Origin: an uncultured Pseudobdellovibrionaceae bacterium
GTDB lineage: Bacteria > Bdellovibrionota > Bdellovibrionia > Bdellovibrionales > UBA1609
Reading direction: 5' to 3'
Assembly: GCA_963803705.1 (NCBI GenBank)
Contig: CAWDNU010000004.1
Location: 448,001-512,000, forward strand
Length of the DNA: 64,000 nucleotides
Positions 9,873-19,352 of this stretch are shown piece by piece. Position 1 is the first letter of the stretch. Each line of letters begins with the position of its first letter. Both the position numbers and the translations under genes were made by a program. Below the pieces are notes generated by a model. That model was not told where the DNA came from and ran no database searches. It saw only the letters and a list, made by a program, of their open reading frames with translations.

Positions 9873-10606
9873 TGAGATTAATTTTGACACACGCTAGTTG
9901 GATGGTTTTAGAGCTTTTACGCCAACCAGCATATATAGTGTCAACTTTAGCCTTCCCTGCTTTGTTCTACATTATATTTGCCATTCCTGAATCCAACACA
10001 GAGCAGTCTTCGAATTTCCTTTTGGCTTCATTCTGTGGGTTTGCAAATTTTGGAGTTTTATTTTTGCAGTTTGGTGTTGGCGTGGCTCAAGAGCGATCTA
10101 AATCCTGGTATCACTATTTAAGAACTCTACCGTTAAATTATTTTCAGTTGATTATGGCAAGATTTCTATCTTCTTATGTTTTTGCTATTTTATCCATATT
10201 GGTTCTTGTATTTTTAGCTAAACTGTTCACCTTAGCAAGCTTAACCCCTTTGCAGTGGTTATACTTTTCATTGGCCCACTTAGGTTTAGGTCTGATATTT
10301 TGTTTGATGGGTTTAACATTGGGTTACTGGGCTGAAGAAAAAACAGCTTTACCTATTGGTAATCTTATTTATTTACCTCTTACTTTTGCTGGTGGCCTAT
10401 GGAAACCACCTTCTCAGTTACCCCTCAGTATTAAAGGGGTTTCCGAGTATTTACCCACAAGACACTACGGAGAAGTCTTGTGGGCTATAGTGAGTGAAAA
10501 AAATGTTGATACTGAGTATCTTTTTGGTTTGTTTATTTATGGACTGCTCTTTCTTGCTTTAAGTTATGCTGGTTTAAGCAAGGATTTAAAATCTAGGATG
10601 TCTTGA
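9872..10606 (+). CDS. ABC-2 type permease
   Basis: About six TM helices and 'ER..SW...LRTLP'. Its start overlaps the ATPase stop. Confidence 0.85.
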   Translation: MRLILTHASWMVLELLRQPAYIVSTLAFPALFYIIFAIPESNTEQSSNFLLASFCGFANFGVLFLQFGVGVAQERSKSWYHYLRTLPLNYFQLIMARFLSSYVFAILSILVLVFLAKLFTLASLTPLQWLYFSLAHLGLGLIFCLMGLTLGYWAEEKTALPIGNLIYLPLTFAGGLWKPPSQLPLSIKGVSEYLPTRHYGEVLWAIVSEKNVDTEYLFGLFIYGLLFLALSYAGLSKDLKSRMS

Positions 10607-11745
10607 TCGTGTCTGCCAATTTGAATTTAGAACATTTTGAAACCTATAGCTCTTATATTCCGGTGAGTCTTAACCTACTTAATCTACATGGATTTATTGT
10701 CGTTAACCTAACCTTGAGCGCCTTTATTATATTCAGGTATTTTCTGATGGTTTCACCCTTTCACTTTCTAAGAAATGTTTTGGTAAAGTCTAAGTTAAAG
10801 CATAAACAAATTAGGCATGAAATCAGATATTCGATCTTGTCCACGGTTTTTTTTAGCTTAAGTGGTTACTTGATAGCGCTTTTATGGGACTTAGAACTCA
10901 CAAAAATTTACTTAAAGTTTGATGAATTTGGTTATACCTATCTTCTAGTTAGCTTTTTCATTTTTGCTTTTTTTCACGAAGTATATTTTTACTTCACTCA
11001 CCTTTGGATGCATCAACCCAAAATTTTTAAAAAAGTACACAGCGTGCACCACTTTTCCAATCCTACTTCACCCTGGGCCTCATTTTCGTTTCATCCTTAC
11101 GAATGCCTCATTCATGCAGCATTTCTACCTTTGATGGTTATAGTTATTCCAATCCACCCTACTGTTTTAATTGGTTATTTAACTTTTATGACTTTGACTG
11201 CGATTTTTAATCATTTAGGTTTTGAAATTTTTCCCTTCAAAGCGTTCAACAAACACTTTATTTCTGGAACACACCATAGCCTTCACCATAAACACTTTAA
11301 AGGTAATTACGGGCTGTATTTTTGTTTGATTGATCGACTGCTAAAAACTGAAATTAGGCCTCTAAGTGAAACTGTGAAGCCGGGGCCGAAAAGGCCTCAA
11401 CGCAACGCTATGAAGCCGGGGCCGGGAAGGCCTCAATGCGACGCTATGAAGCCGGGGCCGGGAAGGCCTCAATGCGACGCTATGAAACCGGGGCCGGGAA
11501 GGCCTCAATGCGACGCTATGAAGCCGGGGCCGGGAAGGCCTCAATGCGACGCTATGAAACCGGGGCCGGGAAGGCCTCAATGCGACGCTATGAAGCCGGG
11601 GCCGGGAAGGCCTCAATGCGACGCTATGAAACCGGGGCCGGGAAGGCCTCAATGCGACGCTATGAAGCCGGGGCCGGGAAGGCCTCAGTGCGACGCTATG
11701 AAGCCGGGGCCGGGAAGGCCTTTAAGTGAAGCTGCGAAGTCTTGA
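10603..11745 (+). CDS. Sterol desaturase/fatty-acid hydroxylase family (CrtG-like candidate) with repetitive C-terminal tail
   Basis: His boxes THLWMH, HSVHH, NH, HHSLHH and 'GNYGLYF..IDRL'. Lies inside the crt cluster. The tail derives from the 36-bp array. Confidence 0.8.
   Translation: MIVSANLNLEHFETYSSYIPVSLNLLNLHGFIVVNLTLSAFIIFRYFLMVSPFHFLRNVLVKSKLKHKQIRHEIRYSILSTVFFSLSGYLIALLWDLELTKIYLKFDEFGYTYLLVSFFIFAFFHEVYFYFTHLWMHQPKIFKKVHSVHHFSNPTSPWASFSFHPYECLIHAAFLPLMVIVIPIHPTVLIGYLTFMTLTAIFNHLGFEIFPFKAFNKHFISGTHHSLHHKHFKGNYGLYFCLIDRLLKTEIRPLSETVKPGPKRPQRNAMKPGPGRPQCDAMKPGPGRPQCDAMKPGPGRPQCDAMKPGPGRPQCDAMKPGPGRPQCDAMKPGPGRPQCDAMKPGPGRPQCDAMKPGPGRPQCDAMKPGPGRPLSEAAKS
11356..11740 (+). repeat. 36-bp tandem array (10 full units plus a partial), translated as RPQCDAMKPGPG
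   Basis: AGGCCT anchors every 36 bp from 11356 to 11716. Unit AGGCCTCAATGCGACGCTATGAARCCGGGGCCGGGA. Confidence 0.97.
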
Positions 11746-11761
11746 AACTAAAGGAGAAGCT

Positions 11762-13234
11762 ATGAAGAAAGCAATTGTGATAGGATCGGGCTTTGGCGGA
11801 TTGGCGAGCGCAGTCCATCTGATTAAAAAAGGTTATGAAGTCACTATTCTTGAAGCCAGAGACCAGTTTGGTGGCCGCGCTGGAGTTTTCAGAAAAGAAG
11901 GATTCACCTTTGACGCTGGCCCTACGGTTATCACTGCCCCCCACCTTATCTCTGAACTTTTTGAATCACTTGATGAAAACCCCGACGAGTATTACAGATT
12001 GCTTCCCATCGACCCCTTTTATAGAATTATGTTCGATGACGAATCTATATTCGATTATGTCGGCGAAGAAGAAAGGATTATCGAAAACGTAAGAAAGCTT
12101 AGCCCTAAAGACGTTGATGGATATAAAAAGTTGGCAGATCACGCAAAACGTATATTCGATGTTGGTTACACAGATCTTGCCGATCAACCATTTGACACTT
12201 TTGCATCAATGCTTCGAGTAGCACCCGATATGATTAGGTTACAAAACTATAAAAGTGTTTATTCATTGGTTTCAAAGTATATAAAAGACGAGCGTCTAAG
12301 GCAGGCATTTAGCTTCGAGCCATTACTTGTAGGAGGAAATCCTTTCAAAATTACTTCTATTTATCTTTTGATACATTGGTTAGAAAGAAAATGGGGAGTA
12401 CATTTTGTTGAAGGTGGTACCACTGCGCTTATTTCAGCTTTTGTAAAATTGCTTCAAAAAAAAGGAGCAATCCTTAAGACGAACCAAAGTGTTAGTCGAA
12501 TTGAAGTCCAGAACAAATCTGTTACCAATGTAATTACAACCACAGGGGAAGTTTACTCGGCAGATGTGGTCGTGAGCAACGCAGACCCCGTAAGAGTCTA
12601 CCGGGATATGATTGATTCATCCAGCAGACCTTCGATGTCTAACAGAAAGCTAAACAAAAAAACTCATTCCATGAGTTTATTCGTAGCTTATTTTGGCACC
12701 CATAAGACTTATGAAAAGTTAGCCCACCACACTATCATTTTGGGACCTAGGTACAAAGGTCTGCTAAATGATATTTTCAGCAAAAAAATTTTAGCAGAAG
12801 ATTTCAGCCTATATCTACATGCTCCAACACGAACTGATAAGTCCCTAGCGCCGGCTGGAAACGAATGTTTCTATGTATTATCACCTGTACCTAATTCACT
12901 GGGTAAGGTTGATTGGTCCACAGAAGAAAGTATTTACAAAGAAAAAATTTATAACTTTCTTGAATCAAAAATTTTAGAAAATCTTAAGTCCAACCTAAAA
13001 GTCGACCTATCAGTAACCCCTAAGTATTTTGAATATGATCTTCAAAGCGAACACGGGGCTGCTTTTGGAATTGAGCCAAGCTTTACCCAGTCAGCTTACT
13101 TCAGGTTTCATAACAGATGTAAGGATATTGGTGGTCTATACTTTGTAGGTGCTAATACGCATCCCGGCGCAGGGGTGCCTGGTGTTTTGAATTCAGCCAA
13201 AGTTATAGACAGAGTTGTACCAATGGCTTTTTAG
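11762..13234 (+). CDS. crtI: Phytoene desaturase
   Basis: 'AIVIGSGFGGL' FAD motif, 'FDAGPTVITAP', 'THPGAGVPGVL.SAK'. ATG at 11762 follows an AAGGAG RBS. Confidence 0.96.
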   Translation: MKKAIVIGSGFGGLASAVHLIKKGYEVTILEARDQFGGRAGVFRKEGFTFDAGPTVITAPHLISELFESLDENPDEYYRLLPIDPFYRIMFDDESIFDYVGEEERIIENVRKLSPKDVDGYKKLADHAKRIFDVGYTDLADQPFDTFASMLRVAPDMIRLQNYKSVYSLVSKYIKDERLRQAFSFEPLLVGGNPFKITSIYLLIHWLERKWGVHFVEGGTTALISAFVKLLQKKGAILKTNQSVSRIEVQNKSVTNVITTTGEVYSADVVVSNADPVRVYRDMIDSSSRPSMSNRKLNKKTHSMSLFVAYFGTHKTYEKLAHHTIILGPRYKGLLNDIFSKKILAEDFSLYLHAPTRTDKSLAPAGNECFYVLSPVPNSLGKVDWSTEESIYKEKIYNFLESKILENLKSNLKVDLSVTPKYFEYDLQSEHGAAFGIEPSFTQSAYFRFHNRCKDIGGLYFVGANTHPGAGVPGVLNSAKVIDRVVPMAF

Positions 13235-13316
13235 TGACTTTTTTGTTGAAAAAAATTTGGTAATTACATTTGGCAGTCACAGCTGTTGCTATCATTTAAA
13301 TGCATGAAGGTTAAAC

Positions 13317-14255
13317 GTGAAAAATCTTAAGATTCAAAATCCTGAACTGATGATGTTTAAACATGGCAAGTCTTTTCATTTTGCAGCTCAGGTATTTTCT
13401 AGAGATACATTCCAAAGAATAATTTATTTGTATGCTTTCTGTAGATTTATCGACGACACAGCTGATGAGCAAAAGCCAGAGTCAGCACTTAAAGATTTGA
13501 CAGCCATCAATCAGATCTTAAATTCAGGACAGACTGTTGCAAGTTCAAGAGTCCCAACTGAAGCTTCAGAAATAACTGTTAAGGAATTGATTCAAAAACT
13601 TTTTGATTTTAATTTGAAAAGATCTTACTTACAAGTTTTAGTCGATGGTGCTTTATTCGACGTGAACTCTCAGAAAATAGTCACTCTAAAGGATCTTTTA
13701 AGATACTGCTATCATGTGGCAGGTGTTGTAGGTCTTATGATGTGCCCATTAATTTTAGTCTTTAAAAAAAAGGCTTTTGCTTTTGCAATTGATTTAGGGA
13801 TCGGGATGCAGATCACAAATATTTGCCGGGATGTCCTTGAAGATGCCAAAAATAACAGAACATATCTACCTTCAGATGATCTTCATATTGCTGGGCTTTC
13901 GATCGAGGATTTGAAAGTTTCAGGCCCTACCCCTGACAAGCTTAAAAACCTTATAGAAAACTATTTAAATTTAGCTGACGTTTATTATGAAAGCTCATTT
14001 TATGGTTTTGCTTACATACCTTTACGACCACGTATTGCCATTTTATATGCGTCTGAAATCTACAAAGCTATAGGCAAAAAACTAAGGCGTCAGGACTATA
14101 ACGTACTGCACGGCCGAGTCTACCTTTCAAAAACTGAAAAGTTTTTCGTGTGCTTTATATCAACTTTTAAAATGCTGCATCCAAGATTCTGGTTTGCCGG
14201 CATTCATAACCCAAAACTACACACGTCCCTTCACGACCTACCCGAAGTCGATTGA
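13317..14255 (+). CDS. crtB: Phytoene synthase
   Basis: Motifs 'LYAFCRFIDDTAD', 'YCYHVAGVVGLMM', 'QITNICRDVLED...R.YLP'. Confidence 0.95.
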   Translation: MKNLKIQNPELMMFKHGKSFHFAAQVFSRDTFQRIIYLYAFCRFIDDTADEQKPESALKDLTAINQILNSGQTVASSRVPTEASEITVKELIQKLFDFNLKRSYLQVLVDGALFDVNSQKIVTLKDLLRYCYHVAGVVGLMMCPLILVFKKKAFAFAIDLGIGMQITNICRDVLEDAKNNRTYLPSDDLHIAGLSIEDLKVSGPTPDKLKNLIENYLNLADVYYESSFYGFAYIPLRPRIAILYASEIYKAIGKKLRRQDYNVLHGRVYLSKTEKFFVCFISTFKMLHPRFWFAGIHNPKLHTSLHDLPEVD

Positions 14256-14420
14256 CAATTGACGATTGGCTGTTGGCTAAGCCTGTTAAGGATAACTAGG
14301 CCCAAATAGCGAACTACGCACAGCGTATCTAAGTTATATTTGTGCCCGTTGAAGCCGAGGTCTACTATATAAAAAGTTCGTTATTTTTTAATAACTAGTA
14401 TTTTTAAAAGGCATCCAACT

Positions 14421-15167
14421 TTGACCTATTTTGATTTCTTACTGAGTTTTATCGCAATACCTTTAGCTGTCTTAGTTGTATATACCACGCATTATCCAAA
14501 TAAAGACAAAGCTTATATTCTAAAAGGTGTTGCTGTTTTATGTGGACTGGCTTTTGTGTACACAACTCCTTGGGATAATTATTTGTTGGCCAAAGAGGTA
14601 TGGTGGTACGGCCCCGACCGAGTGATGTTTACTATTGGTTATGTTCCTATAGAGGAATATAGCTTTTTCCTGCTACAAACTATATTAACTGGGCTTTGGA
14701 CTCATTTAGTTTTAAATCACTCGCCCTCACTTAGACCTGCAAAACCTGATGCAAAAACTATAAATAGATTTAAATTTATAATTGCAACCGCCATTGCTGG
14801 ACTGTGGATTTATGGAATCAGGTCACTATTTGTTGAACAGTCTTTTTATCTTGGACTTATATTGGCATGGGCTACACCCATAGTTTTGCTGCAATTTGTA
14901 ATTGGTGGGCAGCACATTCTTAACAACATGAATTCATTTTTTTTATGTGTCATAACCCCTACTTTATACTTATGGTACGCAGATCTTTACGCTATTAATG
15001 ATGGCATTTGGAGCATTTCTAAAACGTACACTATCGGTCTTGAGTTTTCAGGTTTACCCATCGAAGAGATGATATTCTTTTTGATTACCAATATCATGGT
15101 CGTTCAAGGTCTTCTATTATTTGTAATAATGAGGGACACTGTTAAAACAGTATTTAATCGCAACTAA
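14421..15167 (+). CDS. Membrane lycopene beta-cyclase (two fused CrtYc/Yd-type domains)
   Basis: 'YTTPWDNYL' and two 'P(I)EE..FF' motifs. Multi-TM protein in crt context. Confidence 0.88.
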   Translation: MTYFDFLLSFIAIPLAVLVVYTTHYPNKDKAYILKGVAVLCGLAFVYTTPWDNYLLAKEVWWYGPDRVMFTIGYVPIEEYSFFLLQTILTGLWTHLVLNHSPSLRPAKPDAKTINRFKFIIATAIAGLWIYGIRSLFVEQSFYLGLILAWATPIVLLQFVIGGQHILNNMNSFFLCVITPTLYLWYADLYAINDGIWSISKTYTIGLEFSGLPIEEMIFFLITNIMVVQGLLLFVIMRDTVKTVFNRN

Positions 15168-15185
15168 AGCAGATGGCTCAAATCA

Positions 15186-15650
15186 ATGGTCGAATTTACC
15201 TTAGAATGTTTTTTGATTTTTTTAATTACTTTTTTAGGTATGGAATTCGCCGCCTGGTGGCTTCATAAATATGTGATGCATGGTTTTTTATGGAGCTTGC
15301 ACATAGACCATCATGTGATTAACAAAAAGCGCTGGTGGCAGCTCAATGATTTTTTTGCTATTTTTTTCGCTATACCTAGTTTTTTTAGCATCCTTTTGTC
15401 ATCGATCTACGGACTACCATTACTAGGGGCATTTGGTTTCGGCATCATGGCCTATGGCGGGGCTTACTTCTTTGTTCATGAAATTATAATTCACCGAAGA
15501 ATCAATCTAAAAGGCTTAAACAAAGGGTTTTATATCAATGGTGTGAAAATGGCTCACCACATACACCACTCTGTTCGAACAAAAGATGGTGCTAAAAACT
15601 TTGGGATGCTGATTGTTTCATTTTCATATTTTAAAAAAAAGCCCCGCTAG
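15186..15650 (+). CDS. crtZ: Beta-carotene hydroxylase
   Basis: Motifs 'MEFAAW..HKYVMHG.LW.LH.DHH', 'YFFVHE..IHRR', 'AHHIHH', 'FGML'. Confidence 0.93.
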   Translation: MVEFTLECFLIFLITFLGMEFAAWWLHKYVMHGFLWSLHIDHHVINKKRWWQLNDFFAIFFAIPSFFSILLSSIYGLPLLGAFGFGIMAYGGAYFFVHEIIIHRRINLKGLNKGFYINGVKMAHHIHHSVRTKDGAKNFGMLIVSFSYFKKKPR

Positions 15651-15734
15651 TCAAGCTGAACAGGCCAAGGCATTTGGTTTGCTTTAAGGCTAAAATATTT
15701 ACCGTACTATGAGCATGTTTGGCTCTAAGATAAT

Positions 15735-16139
15735 CTAAAGTATGTCACCAACTAAGTCTTTAAAAAGGCTATCTGAAGATTCAATTTGAGGGGATGACCA
15801 AAGTTCGCTTAAGTTTTTGTCGATTTTTATGTCTGATCTTAAATCCGAATTTTTTATAACATATTTTATAGTTACGTCTGGATTGTCTTCTTTTAAATTC
15901 AATGCTTTTTTGTAGTCGCTAAATAATTTGTCTAATACTAAAATAAGTTGGGAGGACTTAAAACCTACGACCTGAGATTTATGAAATAAATAAAATCTAC
16001 CGTTAGAAATAACTCCACTTTTGGCGCTTATAAAACAAGCGTAATCCCAATCTAATGAATGCTGTCCGACAGTTCCAATGATAAACTGCCCTACATCGTT
16101 TAAAACTTGATTTACCACTTCTAAATTTTGCCTTTCCAT
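15735..16139 (-). CDS. Hypothetical protein
   Basis: 134-aa ORF with ATG start and no confident family. Confidence 0.55.
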   Translation of the reverse strand: MERQNLEVVNQVLNDVGQFIIGTVGQHSLDWDYACFISAKSGVISNGRFYLFHKSQVVGFKSSQLILVLDKLFSDYKKALNLKEDNPDVTIKYVIKNSDLRSDIKIDKNLSELWSSPQIESSDSLFKDLVGDIL

Positions 16140-16291
16140 CTAAATATTTTAACCCAGTACTCTTGAAATATTAAAAGACATATCGAAAATATGGACTTTG
16201 GTAACCAACAAAGAAGTTTATGGCAATAAAGAAGTAGGCTTTAAATTAATGCATCCAACCTAAAAGAATTGTAAGAATTAATTTCGTAAAC

Positions 16292-16900
16292 CTACTTTTT
16301 TGCAACCCAAACGGTGGCTGGCGGTAAGCTTGCCCAAACTATAGCCTGGGGAGCAACACTTGAAAATGTATGTTCTAGTGATTTCTTAAACCTTTTGAAT
16401 GCACTAAATTGGCTTCCAGTGACGAAATTGTAAAAAGAAAAAATGCCACCTGGCTTTAAGACTTTATGAACTTCAGTCAAAATAGAAGTTTGTAAATCAG
16501 AGTCTAGCACTGACCAAGGTAAACTTGATACAACCACATCTACAGAATTAGGTTTAAAAAAGTCTGACAAAGATTCTGCAGAATTAGTTTTAAATTCATA
16601 AGCCTTAAGCCCATCTAATTGAGCCTTATGCTTAGTGGTAAAGTTTTTACCCAAATAATTAAAAAAAGTCTTATCAATTTCAAAACCTGTGTAGGTGTGT
16701 TGGTCGCCCATGTCATTTAACATAGCAGCGGTCAAAGCACCTGTGCCTACTCCAATTTCTACAATATTAAATCTTTGGGCTATTTCTGATCCTGTAGACA
16801 TAGCTACGGATAATGACTTTGAGGCCGGAAAGATAGTAGACACACCTGCCGGATTATTGATGAACGCTTTGATAAAGCTACTTATTTGCATCAACAACAT
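16292..16900 (-). CDS. Class I SAM methyltransferase (phospholipid N-methyltransferase-like)
   Basis: 'P..V..I.PAS..L' N-terminus, 'IVEIGVGTG', 'VVSSLPW', 'W..LPPA.V'. Confidence 0.8.
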   Translation of the reverse strand: MLLMQISSFIKAFINNPAGVSTIFPASKSLSVAMSTGSEIAQRFNIVEIGVGTGALTAAMLNDMGDQHTYTGFEIDKTFFNYLGKNFTTKHKAQLDGLKAYEFKTNSAESLSDFFKPNSVDVVVSSLPWSVLDSDLQTSILTEVHKVLKPGGIFSFYNFVTGSQFSAFKRFKKSLEHTFSSVAPQAIVWASLPPATVWVAKK

Positions 16901-16980
16901 TAAACAGAAAAATCATGACTTGGGTAAAAAAAAATGAGGTTTTGTGCAAAACCCCATTTTCTTCGAATTTCTACATTTTC

Positions 16981-17109
16981 GCATCCGCACCTGCGGTGAT
17001 CAACACCGTTGAGCTTTAGCATCCGCACCTGCGGTGATCAACACCGTTGAGCTTTCGCATCCGCACCTGCGGTTGATCAACACCGTTGAGCTTTCGCATC
17101 CGCACCTGC
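16981..17109. repeat. 38-bp tandem array (about 3.4 units) of double-hairpin units
   Basis: GCATCCGCACCTGCGGTGATCAACACCGTTGAGCTTT(A/C) starts at 16981, 17019, 17057, with a partial copy at 17096. Confidence 0.95.
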
Positions 17110-17130
17110 TGTTGTTAGTGCGCTGTCTAG

Positions 17131-17155
17131 CTCAGCTGAATTTTTTTCAGCTGAG
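17131..17155. terminator. Stem-loop downstream of dnaK
   Basis: CTCAGCTGAA-TTTTT-TTCAGCTGAG, a 10-bp perfect stem just past the dnaK stop. No clear U-tract. Confidence 0.5.
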
Positions 17156-17168
17156 GGCTATTCCTGGA

Positions 17169-19094
17169 CTAGTTTACGTCTTTAAAGTCGGCGTCGATAA
17201 CGTCTCCGTCGTCTTTTTTGCCACTCGCACTGTTGCTATCAGCTTTAGCTGGATCAGCCCCATCGGTAGCTGCCTCACCCTCGCCTTTAGTTTTTTGAGC
17301 TTCATACAAAGCACTACCAACTTTTTGCGCAACAGCCATAAGCTTCTCTTGGGCGGTGTTAATCGCATCTAAATTATCTGCGCTTTTTTCCAACACGTCC
17401 TTAGACTCTTTAATTGCGGCTTCAAGATCGCTTAGGTCTTCGGCTTTAATGCTATCTTTACTGTCTTTAATCAGTTTTTCGTTTTGATAAACCAGATTAT
17501 CCAAATTGTTTCGAGCCATGACCAATTCACGTTTCTGCTTATCGGAATCAGCATTTTGTTCTGCCTCTTCAACCATTCGTTTAATCTCTTCTTCGGTTAA
17601 GCCTGATTTGGCAGTTATTTTAATAGCTTGTTCTTTGCCAGTGCCCTTATCTTTCGCAGTCACATTCAAAATTCCATTAGCATCAATATCAAAGCTGACC
17701 TCAATCTGAGGAACGCCTCGTGGAGCTGTTGGAATACCTGTAAGTTCAAATCGACCTAAAGACTTATTGTCGGCAGCCATTTCACGCTCACCTTGAAGGA
17801 CATGAACGTCTACGGCTGGCTGATTGTCAGCTGCGGTAGAAAAGACCTGAGATTTCTTAGTCGGAATGGTTGTGTTTTTCTCAATCAATTTAGTGAAAAC
17901 TCCACCCATTGTTTCTAAACCCAAAGACAATGGTGTCACATCAAGCAGTAATACATCCTTTACTTCACCAGCTAAAACGCCACCTTGAATACTTGCCCCC
18001 AAAGCAACTACTTCATCCGGGTTTACCGATCTGTTTGGTTCTTTACCAAAAAAGTCCTTAACAGCTTTCTGAACAGCAGGAATTCGCGTCGAGCCCCCCA
18101 CTAAAACAACCTCATCAATTTCAGACTTCTGATATCCAGAATCGTCCATTGCCGTCTTGCAAGGCTTAAGGGTTCTTTTAACTAGCTCTTCGGTTAACTG
18201 ATCAAACTTTGCTCTTGTTAGTTTTAATTGTAAATGCACTGGGCCAGAAGAACCTACAGTAATATAAGGCAAATTTATATCACGTTCAGTCACAGAGCTT
18301 AATTCAACTTTAGTTTTTTCAGCCTCTTCTTTTAGTCTTTGCAGAGCCATCTTGTCGTTCGATAAATCAATACCCTGGTCTTTTTTGAATTCTGAAACCA
18401 TCCAATCTAAAATCAATTCATCAAAATTGTCACCACCAAGTGAAGTGTCACCGTTAGTGGACTTTACTTCTACAACGCCGTCTCCGACTTCAAGAATGGA
18501 AACATCAAAAGTACCACCGCCCAAATCATAAATGGCAATCTTTTGGTCCTTTTTCTTGTCTAAACCATAAGCCAAAGCAGCAGCAGTTGGCTCGTTAATA
18601 ATACGTTTCACATCAAGTCCTGCGATGCGACCTGCATCTTTCGTAGCCTGTCTTTGAGCATCGTTGAAATAAGCTGGTACAGTAATTACAGCATCTGTGA
18701 CCTCTTGCCCTAAATAATCTTCAGCAACTTTTTTTAGTTTACCTAAAACAGCGGCAGAGATCTCTTCAGGGGAGTATATTTTGCCTTGGATATCAAAACC
18801 ACAATCGTTATCTTTTTTGACAACTTTGTAAGCAAACCTTTTAATTTCGTCTTGAACTTCTTCAAACTTGCGTCCAATAAACCTTTTTGCAGAATAAACT
18901 GTGTTTTCTGGATTGGTCACAGTCTGTCTTTTTGCAACTTGACCCACTAATTTCTGACCATCTTTCGTAAATGCAACTACAGAAGGGGTTGTACGTGCGC
19001 CCTCTTCATTAACAATTACTTTTGGCTCTCCACCTTCCATCACTGAAACAACTGAATTTGTAGTTCCTAAATCAATTCCTATTACTTTTCCCAT
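17169..19094 (-). CDS. dnaK: Chaperone DnaK (Hsp70)
   Basis: Motifs '[10 protein letters not shown]', '[14 protein letters not shown]', '[10 protein letters not shown]', and C-terminal 'DADFKDV'. Confidence 0.99.
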   Translation of the reverse strand: MGKVIGIDLGTTNSVVSVMEGGEPKVIVNEEGARTTPSVVAFTKDGQKLVGQVAKRQTVTNPENTVYSAKRFIGRKFEEVQDEIKRFAYKVVKKDNDCGFDIQGKIYSPEEISAAVLGKLKKVAEDYLGQEVTDAVITVPAYFNDAQRQATKDAGRIAGLDVKRIINEPTAAALAYGLDKKKDQKIAIYDLGGGTFDVSILEVGDGVVEVKSTNGDTSLGGDNFDELILDWMVSEFKKDQGIDLSNDKMALQRLKEEAEKTKVELSSVTERDINLPYITVGSSGPVHLQLKLTRAKFDQLTEELVKRTLKPCKTAMDDSGYQKSEIDEVVLVGGSTRIPAVQKAVKDFFGKEPNRSVNPDEVVALGASIQGGVLAGEVKDVLLLDVTPLSLGLETMGGVFTKLIEKNTTIPTKKSQVFSTAADNQPAVDVHVLQGEREMAADNKSLGRFELTGIPTAPRGVPQIEVSFDIDANGILNVTAKDKGTGKEQAIKITAKSGLTEEEIKRMVEEAEQNADSDKQKRELVMARNNLDNLVYQNEKLIKDSKDSIKAEDLSDLEAAIKESKDVLEKSADNLDAINTAQEKLMAVAQKVGSALYEAQKTKGEGEAATDGADPAKADSNSASGKKDDGDVIDADFKDVN

Positions 19095-19310
19095 TTCAAT
19101 ACTCCTTTTAAATATCTAAAATACAAAATCTTTTTGATACGTAAAAGCTGTATCCAGATGTAAGGATGTCAAGCCCTGGCCTTTCAGTTTTTAGATCTTG
19201 TTTGTCTTAATAAAGAAAGTACTATGGCGCGCGTGTCTTTTCCGGTCTTACTTTTAGAAACTATCTCGAAAAATTTAATTGGTTAATATTGGAAAAATGC
19301 GGCGAACTTT

Positions 19311-19344
19311 TCTAGTTCGTTCGCTCTAGCTCGCTAGAACTTTT
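19311..19344. repeat. Post-stop-codon element related to the 44-bp unit at 61948
   Basis: TCTAGTTC...CTCGCTAGAACTTTT here versus TCTAGTTC...CTCGCTGGAACTTT at 61948. Confidence 0.6.
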
Positions 19345-19352
19345 GTCAAGGT

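Noticed and set aside
11362..11729. Alternative-frame ORFs (MRPSRPR..., MRRYEAGAGKAS...)
   Set aside because: They are by-products of a stop-free 36-bp repeat.
11356..11740. 36-bp periodic array as a CRISPR or TIGR guide array
   Set aside because: Internal units are nearly identical, with no unique spacers, and there is no cas or Nop-domain gene in the window.
16981..17372. 38-bp array as a mini-CRISPR, and ORF 17034-17372
   Set aside because: There are no spacers, and the ORF is repeat-derived and antisense to dnaK.
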